The translations under genes and the position numbers were made by a program. The notes under the pieces were generated by a model. It had not been told where the DNA came from. It saw only the letters and a program-made list of their open reading frames with translations, and did no database searches. Shown piece after piece: positions 53,752-62,111 of a stretch of DNA of 64,000 nt. The first letter of the stretch is position 1, and every line of letters begins with the position of its first letter. The stretch lies in the IMG/VR virus record IMGVR_UViG_3300006930_000006. One strand, given 5' to 3'. Origin of the DNA: an uncultured virus (IMG/VR IMGVR_UViG_3300006930_000006) (Duplodnaviria > Heunggongvirae > Uroviricota > Caudoviricetes).

Positions 53752-54192
53752 TTAGTTAACTCCATTAGTAAACTTTTGCCATTCAATCATCTTGGAGATC
53801 TGAAAACCTCTGTTCTGTATATGCTTAAGAATAGCTTCTGTACATTCTACTTTTTCTTTCTGTAAACCAAGAGCCAACTGTTCCTTGGATACCAGACTAT
53901 CTGCATTAAGATAAAGATCTGCATCTTGTCTTAAGACTTTGATATCCTGTGGTTCTTTTCTGTAATCTTCTACCGAACCTTGACCAAGATAGTATTGTCT
54001 TCTCTGTAAAAGCAATTTGTTATAACTATTTTGCATTTTAAGCAAAACTAGTTTCTCTGTACTGTGTATTTTTAGAAACTTAAGAAAGAGATCCGTGTTT
54101 TTCTTGGACTCCAATCCTAGGTCTTCTGATATTCTAAGTTCTTTCTCTGCTAAACTCTGAATATCTTCTAATTTCATTGATTCTAAAGCCAT
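53752..54192 (-). CDS. uvsY: Recombination mediator UvsY
   Basis: YYLG, YLNAD, NRGFQI..MIEW.KF..G; synteny. Confidence 0.9.
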   Translation of the reverse strand: MALESMKLEDIQSLAEKELRISEDLGLESKKNTDLFLKFLKIHSTEKLVLLKMQNSYNKLLLQRRQYYLGQGSVEDYRKEPQDIKVLRQDADLYLNADSLVSKEQLALGLQKEKVECTEAILKHIQNRGFQISKMIEWQKFTNGVN

Positions 54193-54270
54193 TTTCTACC
54201 TCTGAATAAACTTATAAATATGATTAGACTAAAAGTCAATAGTTATTTTGAAAAAAGATGAGGTTATTTA

Positions 54271-54741
54271 ATGAATAAGAATTACTTGAGTCCAAATGGA
54301 TTTAGACTGCATATTAATCATATTCCTGAAGTAAAGTTTATGATACAGTCTATCTCTCTACCAGCCTTGAAGGTAACTGGAATTGATATACAGAACTTTG
54401 GAGCATTTGGAATGAAAGCTCCAGGAGATAACTTTGACTTAGCGGACTTGACAGTTACTTTTATTGCAGATGAAGACTTGAAGACTTATGAAAGTATAAA
54501 ACTATGGATGGAAAACTGTGTATCAAGTAATAATAAATTGCAGATGAGATCTGATGCTCAACTTATTATTGAAACTAATGCTAAGAATCCTAACTTTGTA
54601 ATAACATTTACTAATCTATTTCCAACTTCTTTATCTGAATTGAAACTATCGTCGACTCTTTCTCCTGAAGAACCGATCATATTTACTTCTACTTTTGCTC
54701 TTACTGATAAGTTCTATATTGAAAGAAAAACTGTTGAATAG
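54271..54741 (+). CDS. gp3: Tail completion / sheath stabiliser (gp3-like, tail tube fold)
   Basis: NYLSPNGF, PGD, LTVTFIADEDL..Y..I..W, SDA.L, LFPTSLS; late promoter at 54213-54220. Confidence 0.85.
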   Translation: MNKNYLSPNGFRLHINHIPEVKFMIQSISLPALKVTGIDIQNFGAFGMKAPGDNFDLADLTVTFIADEDLKTYESIKLWMENCVSSNNKLQMRSDAQLIIETNAKNPNFVITFTNLFPTSLSELKLSSTLSPEEPIIFTSTFALTDKFYIERKTVE

Positions 54742-54899
54742 AATCATTGAAGATAAATATATTCATTTGAAGATTCTATTGAAGATAAGTCGATTTGAAT
54801 TTTCGATTTTGAATACTTTTTTGGAGAAAAAAAGGATAGATTTCAGGCCTTTTGATTTTTATCTAAATTATCAATACAAATTAATTTTGATTCATTAAA

Positions 54900-55205
54900 T
54901 TGTATTTTAATTTATTATATTGTATATTTAAGTCTTTGGCTTTCGCCAATCTTTAAATTGTATATTGTTGTTCAAATATAGTTTATATTATTTATTATCT
55001 ATTTGGCTTTCGCCATTTTATTGAATATATTATATATCATTTATTGATCGATTCAGTTTCTCACTCTTTCGCTTCGCACTCTCTCTTTTCGTTCTCTTCA
55101 TTGATCAATTCTTTGATCGTCTAATAGTCCAAATAGTATTCTGGTAATACCCAGAATTTGATTTTTTATTCTTTTTTTTAAAAATTGATGATTTTTGTTT
55201 GATTT
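54900..55205. other. Putative replication origin / DNA unwinding element
   Basis: ORF-free, very AT-rich, strongly strand-skewed; repeated TTGGCTTTCGCCA; GCTTCGC; three TGATC sites; near the gene-orientation switch. Confidence 0.45.
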
Positions 55206-55206
55206 T

Positions 55207-55860
55207 GTTGCGGTTATTCTTAAATTATCAGGTTCGTTGTTTTAACGGTGAAACTCTGTGCCGTTATCTGATATACAAATAGTTAGCATATTTTATCCTT
55301 TGATATGCTAAACAGTCTCGGTCAGTTATAAGAAATTTAAGAATTATGAGTATTCTTATAACCTATGTGGTTGCTATCCTTGCAGATGCCACAATCTTTT
55401 TTTGGAATCTCCATCCCCTTGGTATAATGCCCTTTGACTTTGTAAAGTACTTTTGGATAAATACTTTTACATAACTACGACACATTATTGAATAATACCA
55501 TTGACATTTACCGCTTCACTAAACCTATGTTGAATCCAATGTACATAAGTCTAGATCCACAGTAAGACCAGTCCTACTAATGGAGATACTTTTGATTTCA
55601 CATAGACTTCAACTCTTCAATTCTTGCTATGCGCTATAGAACTTGGACCGTTTGTCCAATGCTTCTGGGGGCTGACTCCCAAAAATAGTACTTTCGCACC
55701 AATCTATAGTATCCCGCAACGACCAGGCCTTTATGGACAGCTATTTATGCGTTCGCCGCCTTAGACGGTACGCAGTGCCTACATATTGCTCCTACTGCTG
55801 CGGATGCCTTTCCGGAAAAGGACTTTTTATTCGTGGTTCCGGTATGTCTTAAAACTTAAT
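55207..55860 (-). ncRNA. Large structured non-coding RNA (about 650 nt), family unassigned
   Basis: No ORF of 60 aa or more; more than 12 helices, many with G-U pairs only on the minus strand; GAAA tetraloop; long-range closing helix; dedicated promoters upstream. Confidence 0.75.
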
Positions 55861-55865
55861 ACTTA

Positions 55866-55951
55866 TATTTATACATATCATATAATCACTATTTAATCAT
55901 AAGTCAAGTCTTTTTTACAATTATTTTTAATCATACTTGAGCGTATTTATA
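55866..55951 (-). promoter_or_regulatory. Tandem early and late promoters driving the ncRNA
   Basis: TTGACT (55902-55907), 17 bp, TATATG (55879-55884); TATAAATA at 55866-55873 and 55944-55951. Confidence 0.75.
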
Positions 55952-56072
55952 CAAGTTGAAGTGCTTTTTCGGGGTACTTTCGAAAATAAATATTCTTCTT
56001 TAATAAAATCAAATAGTTAAGACGAAAGCCCCTTGGTTTCAGTGATAATATATATTAAATTATAGATTAAGC

Positions 56073-56106
56073 TTGACAATCTAAACGATAATATATATTA
56101 TAAATA
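56073..56106 (+). promoter_or_regulatory. Overlapping early-type and late promoters for the lysozyme operon
   Basis: TTGACA-17 bp-TATTAT and TATAAATA at 56099-56106. Confidence 0.7.
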
Positions 56107-56124
56107 CGGGCATAGAGGTAAAAG

Positions 56125-56580
56125 ATGAAAATATCAGATATTGGTCTAAAACTAATAAAACACTATGAGGGATTCTATCCTTCTACTTATCTTTGTCCAG
56201 CAAGAGTACCAACTATTGGTTATGGAACTACTCGTATCGGTGGTAAACCTATTCCAACCGGTATGGTAATTACAGAGCAGAAAGCATCTGGTTATCTAAT
56301 GGAAGAAGTTAATATGATTGAAAAACAATTAGTTAGCTGTATAAAAACTAGTTTATCACAAAACCAGTGGGATGCTATCTATTCTTTTGTTTATAACCTC
56401 GGAATAACCAATTTTTCAAAGAGTACATTATTAAAGTGTATTAACAAGAATAACTTTACACAAGCATCTACAGAGTTTCTTAAATGGAATAAAGCTGCTG
56501 GTAAAGAATTAAAAGGCTTGACAAATCGTAGAAGATCTGAAAGTATACTATTCTCAAGCAATAAACTAGAATTATTTTAG
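56125..56580 (+). CDS. Endolysin, GH24 lysozyme
   Basis: IKHYEG, YLCPA.VPTIGYGTT, SFVYNLG, STLLK, GLTNRR.SE. Confidence 0.95.
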   Translation: MKISDIGLKLIKHYEGFYPSTYLCPARVPTIGYGTTRIGGKPIPTGMVITEQKASGYLMEEVNMIEKQLVSCIKTSLSQNQWDAIYSFVYNLGITNFSKSTLLKCINKNNFTQASTEFLKWNKAAGKELKGLTNRRRSESILFSSNKLELF

Positions 56581-56589
56581 GAGTATAAA

Positions 56590-57163
56590 ATGTATAAAGT
56601 AAAATTAATAAATGAAGATAGTAATTTTAATAAATGGTTAGATACATTTATTGATGAAAAAGGTATTAATACAGATGAATCTTTCACAGTTGAAGGTAAA
56701 TCAGGAACCAATTTTATGACTATTGAAACTGTTATAGAAGCTATGAAAGCAACTTCAAGTGCAGAGCAAGGCCGTATTAAAGATATGCTAGTTAAGCTTG
56801 ATTTTCAAAATCAAAAAATAACACCATATCTAAAACACTTGGCACAAGCTATAGCACGATAAAGGTGATACAATGAAATTCGTGGTAAAAGAAGGCTTTA
56901 GAGTGCATTATGAAGAAACTGTCAATTTTTATTATGACTTACTTAAAGACTACTTAAAAAATGATACCTTTGTTTCTTCTCATCTTGCATTTGACCAAGG
57001 CACTTTAGAAGATATAATGACTGGGGTTGGACGTAATTATGATTTAGAAGAACTTTCCAATATGATTAGTTTTCTAAGATTTAAAGATCTTTCTTCTGAA
57101 AAGTATTATAATGCAATTCTTAAGAATAATAAGATAGAATCTATAGAACAAATTGATAGATAA
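56590..57163 (+). other. Two small genes with capsid-targeting-like leaders (56590..56862, 56873..57163)
   Basis: MYKVKLINED and MKFVVKEG starts, under the late promoter. Confidence 0.5.
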
Positions 57164-57791
57164 CGGGGGAATAATGGAGGACATAGTATATTTAATTGGT
57201 GGTGGTCCAAGTTTATCAACAGTTAATCTTAACTTATTAATGGATAAGGATATTGCCACAACCAATAATGCTTATAAACTATTCAAGAAGACGGTGCTTA
57301 GCCACTTCTCGGACTTTGTCTGGTGGACTTGGCATTATGAAAATCCAAAGTTTAAAGACCACGTTTTAGAAAATTACTGGACTTGCTCTGCACCTTATAA
57401 CGGTAATATCGGAGTTCCTTATAATGTTGAAATGTGGAGGAATTCTGGTGGTATTGAATATCAACATAAAGCTGGTGCTTATGGTCTTTATATGGAAACA
57501 AATAGAGTTGGTGGAGATAATGCTGGTCTTCAAGCACTTAATGTACTTATAAAAATGGGATATAAGAAGATTGCTTTAGTTGGTTTTGATATGAAACCAA
57601 CCAATGGTCATAATAACTGGCACGATGAGCATAAACGTTTTACTAATCCAGTTCGTTATTCACAGGTAATGATACCAAATTGGATAAATACGAAAAAAGA
57701 TATTGACAATCTAGGAATACAAGTTTATAACTGCAACCGAGACAGTGCCTTAACTTGTTTTGAGTATAGGGACTTAGAAACACTTATATAG
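57153..57791 (+). CDS. DUF115/MptE/Maf-like (GT42-related Rossmann) protein
   Basis: IGGGPSL, NNAY, DFVWW, NAG..ALN, GYKKIALVGFDM, WHDEH, VYNC..SAL.CF. Confidence 0.65.
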   Translation: MIDNGGIMEDIVYLIGGGPSLSTVNLNLLMDKDIATTNNAYKLFKKTVLSHFSDFVWWTWHYENPKFKDHVLENYWTCSAPYNGNIGVPYNVEMWRNSGGIEYQHKAGAYGLYMETNRVGGDNAGLQALNVLIKMGYKKIALVGFDMKPTNGHNNWHDEHKRFTNPVRYSQVMIPNWINTKKDIDNLGIQVYNCNRDSALTCFEYRDLETLI

Positions 57792-57802
57792 AAAGTTATA
57801 TT

Positions 57803-58756
57803 ATGCAAAAGTATTTACTAACACACTATGACCTAGACGGTATCGTGTGTCAAATGCTAGCTACTGAAGTTTACGGTAGATTTGATATGTCAAAAGCTAT
57901 GGGTCTTGTCAAACTAGATGGTGTTATAGAACAATTTTGTACACTAAAAACAAAAGAGACCGAGATCGTAATTACAGATCTTTGCCTTAGTAAAGACCAG
58001 CTTATTAAGATCTTTAAAGTGTTTGATAAGATTTACTTATATGACCATCATCAGAATTCAGAAGATTTCTATAAAAAATACTTAACCGCAAAGACACAAA
58101 AGTTCTTTATGAGCTGGAATAAAGATAAATGTGGTGCTAAGATTTTCTATGATGACCATATAGATACTTTTCCAAGTCTTATAAAATATGAGTCTCTAGT
58201 TAAGTATACCAATATCTTTGACCTATGGAAAAAAGATGATAGTGAAGATTGGGAAAACGCTGACGGACTAAACACATTATTCTGGAAGTATCACTCAAGA
58301 GACTTTATGAAAAGATTCTCAAATGGATTTAATGGTTTTAATGTTGACGAACAAGATTATATCATTGATTACAGCATCAAAGTTAAGCATTGTATTGAAA
58401 AACAAACAGAATACGCAGATGTAGGTAAAACTGGACTTATTTCAATATCTGATAACGTAGAAATACCTATTATGAATTATGTGCCGTATTATAAGCAAGG
58501 TTATAGATATTATTATTTTGTAAATAGGCCAACTGGTGAGTATTATAGCATCTCTATTAGAAGCAGACAAGAAAAAGTAAACTTGGGTAAACGTATTGAA
58601 TACTTAAAGGCAACGTATCCAGATATTATTCAATCCAGTGGTGGACACAGTGAAGCTTGTGGAATTACATTTATAAATAAAAATGTAAGTATAGATACAG
58701 TTCTTAAAACAATAGAACAAGTTTCAACACAGTTGGAGAGTGAAGATAATGCTTGA
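57803..58756 (+). CDS. DHH/DHHA1 phosphoesterase
   Basis: THYDLDG, ITDL, DHH, SIRS, GGHSEACG. Confidence 0.85.
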   Translation: MQKYLLTHYDLDGIVCQMLATEVYGRFDMSKAMGLVKLDGVIEQFCTLKTKETEIVITDLCLSKDQLIKIFKVFDKIYLYDHHQNSEDFYKKYLTAKTQKFFMSWNKDKCGAKIFYDDHIDTFPSLIKYESLVKYTNIFDLWKKDDSEDWENADGLNTLFWKYHSRDFMKRFSNGFNGFNVDEQDYIIDYSIKVKHCIEKQTEYADVGKTGLISISDNVEIPIMNYVPYYKQGYRYYYFVNRPTGEYYSISIRSRQEKVNLGKRIEYLKATYPDIIQSSGGHSEACGITFINKNVSIDTVLKTIEQVSTQLESEDNA

Positions 58757-59000
58757 TATAAACGATGCTGATTTTATTACCAGACAGGTAATAGATAAGT
58801 CCACAGACGATATTATGGAAATTATCAATAAAAAACACACAACTTATATAGAAGCTGTACTAATCTATGCTCAAGAAAACAATATGGATCTTGAAGTACT
58901 TAAAGATAACTTATCAGATGGTATTAAGAGTAAACTAGAATCTGAAGCTATTGATTTAAGACTATTAAAGAAACCAACAACATTTAGGTTTGATGTATGA
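58740..59000 (+). CDS. gp33: Late transcription coactivator gp33
   Basis: TYIEAVL.YAQEN.MD.E, IKSKLESEAIDLRLLK; synteny with gp59. Confidence 0.8.
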   Translation: MKIMLDINDADFITRQVIDKSTDDIMEIINKKHTTYIEAVLIYAQENNMDLEVLKDNLSDGIKSKLESEAIDLRLLKKPTTFRFDV

Positions 59001-59644
59001 TAAATCTTCCACAAATAACCAAACCAGTTATTATAATTGGTGGTGGTCCGTCATTAAAAGAAATTGATGTTAGTAAAATAGATACTGATAAGTATTTTAT
59101 AATGGGATTGAACTTTGCATATAAACTAATGCACTGTGACCATATACACTTCTCAGATCTTCCGTTTTACATTATGGCAGCAAGAGATCTTGTAAAATTA
59201 GAAAATACTACACTTAGTTCTACTGGTCATTTAGACTGGGAAGATATGCATATTGCTTATGGATATTGGGATAAAGCTGGGGTAAAGTACTATATGAACT
59301 TAACTCGTGACGAAGGAATAGATATGGATCCAGCACACGAAGATTATATCTGTGGTAATAACTCCGGTCACCAAGCAATTAATGTCGCTGCTAGATTAGG
59401 TGCAAAAGAGATTTACTTACTTGGATATGATATGAGTACCGGTAAGAATAACGAATCCGAGTGGCATAATGAAGCACCTTGTGAAAAATCGGCAATGGAT
59501 GTGCAGATAGAACGCTGGTTAAGAAAGTTTAGAACCACAGTAGAACCATTAGAAAAAGCAGGCATTAAAGTTTATAACTGCAATCCAGAAAGTGCTTTAG
59601 ATTGCTTTCCAAAAATAGGACCAGATATATTATATAGAAAGTGA
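58997..59644 (+). CDS. DUF115/MptE/Maf-like protein (paralogue of 57153..57791)
   Basis: IGGGPSL, NSGHQAINVA, GAKEIYLLGYDM, WHNE, VYNCNPESALDCF. Confidence 0.65.
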   Translation: MINLPQITKPVIIIGGGPSLKEIDVSKIDTDKYFIMGLNFAYKLMHCDHIHFSDLPFYIMAARDLVKLENTTLSSTGHLDWEDMHIAYGYWDKAGVKYYMNLTRDEGIDMDPAHEDYICGNNSGHQAINVAARLGAKEIYLLGYDMSTGKNNESEWHNEAPCEKSAMDVQIERWLRKFRTTVEPLEKAGIKVYNCNPESALDCFPKIGPDILYRK

Positions 59645-59651
59645 GTTTATT

Positions 59652-60248
59652 ATGGATGATGTAAATGCTTATGATGTATATGCTATATACTTTCCTTTGC
59701 GTATGCATTTTTCTTCTAGTTATGATTACTTTAAGTATCAAGGTAGAGTAAAGAGTATTCAAGATAAAGTAGCTTTTATTAATTCCAATAAGCAGAAGTA
59801 CTTTTTCTTTAGAGTAATGAAACTACATACTACAGTAGAAGATATTAAAATTGGCTTTATTGCTAACTTTCTTGAAAATGAAAAGTTCTTTATTTCAAAC
59901 TATGACCATAAGTTATTCATAGACTTAAAGAAAAAGTGGTCGGATCTATATGGTCATTTTAGAGAGAATCTAAAGTTTCTAAATAAAGTCGGTAATATCA
60001 CAGGTTTTAAGAACTATATTCTAAGTAGTGAGTTTATCAAAGACGTAATTGCCGGGGATATTAGTTTAGAAACTGTCATTATGCTGGATAAAGTATTCCA
60101 TTTTCTACCTAAACTTGCAGAAGATCCATTGTGGGAACTGGAACTTAAAAGAAAAGTTGAAAAGTATTATAACTTTCTTGAAGTTAGAGATGACCAATGC
60201 AAACTTATTGTAAAACAATTTTTTGATAATTTGAAGAAAGATTTCTAA
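59652..60248 (+). CDS. gp59: Helicase loader gp59
   Basis: Y..LRMHF...YDYFKYQG, ISLETV. Confidence 0.85.
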   Translation: MDDVNAYDVYAIYFPLRMHFSSSYDYFKYQGRVKSIQDKVAFINSNKQKYFFFRVMKLHTTVEDIKIGFIANFLENEKFFISNYDHKLFIDLKKKWSDLYGHFRENLKFLNKVGNITGFKNYILSSEFIKDVIAGDISLETVIMLDKVFHFLPKLAEDPLWELELKRKVEKYYNFLEVRDDQCKLIVKQFFDNLKKDF

Positions 60249-61474
60249 TAATAGTAATTGACTTTTCGGACTTAATGCCTTATATAGTAAATATGTTTTA
60301 TTACGAAAGGGGAAAATATGTTTATAGATGAAGTTTTTGTAGATAAAGTCAAAAAGTATCTACAATGTTATCCAAACCACAAAATCCAGATTAGATCCAA
60401 GTTCTGCCCGGACTTTGTTATAGAGAAAGAATTAAAACGAGATGTACCGTGTATGGTTCTAACTCAAGACAATCCAGCAATTCCTGGTAATATCATTAAG
60501 TTAGCATTTGAATATCCTCAGAAGATTATCTTTGACCTTGAAAAGTCCTTTGGTATCAATATGTTGAATAAGTTTGTTAGAGTAAATATACTTGACGAAC
60601 ATTATAAATCCATTGAAAAACACTGTCTTAATGACTTTATATACTGTAATTTAACAACTGATGTTTCTAATATGACATTAGATATAAATTATACACTATT
60701 TGAGAAAGAAGTACTTGACATTTTAGAACATAAGCATAATATAAAACTAGATGAATTAGATATAGACGAAGCACGTAGATATATTGGTTTAAGTGTATCA
60801 GCACTTAAAATATATTTGCATTGTGCTATTACTAATGCTATTGATAATATCATTATGAGTGAAAAGAATAAAAAATGATGGATCCAAAAGAAGTTGTAGT
60901 TAAGTATAAAGGTCTTAATGAATTGCTGGATCTTGCTAATGATATTAAGTATCTAGACTATCTTGAAACACTGGCAATAAATAATAATGCTAGAGTATTG
61001 AAAGAACCTAGTATAACTATTTCAATAGAAGACTATGAGCGTTTAGTTAATACCATTTCCGCTTATGAGTCTATACTTTTAGAAAATGGTATTGTATATC
61101 ATAAAGAAGGAGAAGAAAATGACTAAAAAAGAAAAACCATTTAAGTTATCCCCAACTTTCAATGCTTTGTGCATTAAACTGAAATCCATTAAAGATATGG
61201 ATATCACAGAAGAATCTAAGAAAAAGATGGTTGAAGATGCCAAACTTGAATATGTGAAAACAACAAACTACTAATAGGGGGAATAAGTGAGAATGAATGC
61301 TTGGACTTTATTAACAGCTATTTTTGTAGTGCTTAAATTGACTAATACGATTACTTGGTCTTGGTGGTGGGTATTATCGCCAGCTATTGTGCTTACTGTA
61401 TTGAGTTTTATGACTATTATACTTACTGTTATTGTAAAGTTATTAAAGAATGAAGATGGAGGACTAGAATTATA

Positions 61475-61744
61475 ATGATTAGACCGCATAAGAATAAAGT
61501 TTTAGTAAAATCTGCTATACAAGGTGAAGAGTTTAAGACCGAAGGAGGTATTATACTTGATAGCCCGAAAGACCAGATGTCAGAACGTGTTATTAAAGGA
61601 ACAGTAGAATCTATTGGTCCAGAGTGTAAGACTATTTTTGTTGGTGAAAATGTTATATTAGAACGTAAAACATTGATTGCTTTAACAGAAGATAGTATTA
61701 AGTATTATATCGTCAATGAAGATGATATTTTAGCAAGTTATTAA
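61475..61744 (+). CDS. groES: Co-chaperonin GroES
   Basis: IRP..NKVLV, KTEGGIIL, GTVESIGP, VGE.V, IVNEDDILA. Confidence 0.88.
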   Translation: MIRPHKNKVLVKSAIQGEEFKTEGGIILDSPKDQMSERVIKGTVESIGPECKTIFVGENVILERKTLIALTEDSIKYYIVNEDDILASY

Positions 61745-61755
61745 AGGAAAAACAA

Positions 61756-62058
61756 ATGACAGTAAAATTAGTAAAGTTAGCAAGTGCAGATGAAATCTTC
61801 TGTGAAGTAGAACATAATGACCATAAATCAACTTTAGTAAATCCAATCAGTTTAGTAAATACTCAAACTGGTATGGCATTTGCTAGATTCTTACCTTATG
61901 CAAAGTATGATACATCAATAGAAGTTCTAAGTTCTAATATCGTACTTGAGTTAGAAGTTGACATCCATTTAGAAAAAGCATATAACGAAGCTATTGAAAC
62001 TATTAGACGTCAGCAAGCTGGTCTAATCGTTCCAGAACAAAAGATTATCACTGAATAA
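61756..62058 (+). CDS. Conserved Sm-like protein of T4-like phages, usually upstream of gp43
   Basis: VKLVKLASADEIFCEV, NPISL, FLPY pattern. Confidence 0.5.
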   Translation: MTVKLVKLASADEIFCEVEHNDHKSTLVNPISLVNTQTGMAFARFLPYAKYDTSIEVLSSNIVLELEVDIHLEKAYNEAIETIRRQQAGLIVPEQKIITE

Positions 62059-62068
62059 AATTATAATC

Positions 62069-62094
62069 GGTAGACTGTAGAAATGCAGTCTACC
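62069..62094 (+). promoter_or_regulatory. Hairpin upstream of the gp43 SD (candidate autogenous operator)
   Basis: GGTAGACTGTA-GAAA-TGCAGTCTACC, no poly-T tail, just before the SD. Confidence 0.55.
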
Positions 62095-62111
62095 ATAACG
62101 GGGATACTATA

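Noticed and set aside
54695..54898. 67-aa ORF overlapping the end of gp3
   Set aside because: TTG start inside gp3, low complexity and no recognisable motif; probably spurious
54936..55015. CRISPR-like mini-array from the TTGGCTTTCGCCA repeats
   Set aside because: Only two 13-14 bp copies with an AT-rich gap, and no cas genes
55207..55860. RNase P RNA, tmRNA or group I/II intron identity for the large RNA
   Set aside because: AAAAAGUCC resembles the RNase P GAGGAAAGUCC but has no matching 3' P4 strand. There are no tRNA-like ends or CCA for tmRNA. CCGAGACUG has no downstream S element, no group II domain V is visible, and no interrupted gene flanks it.
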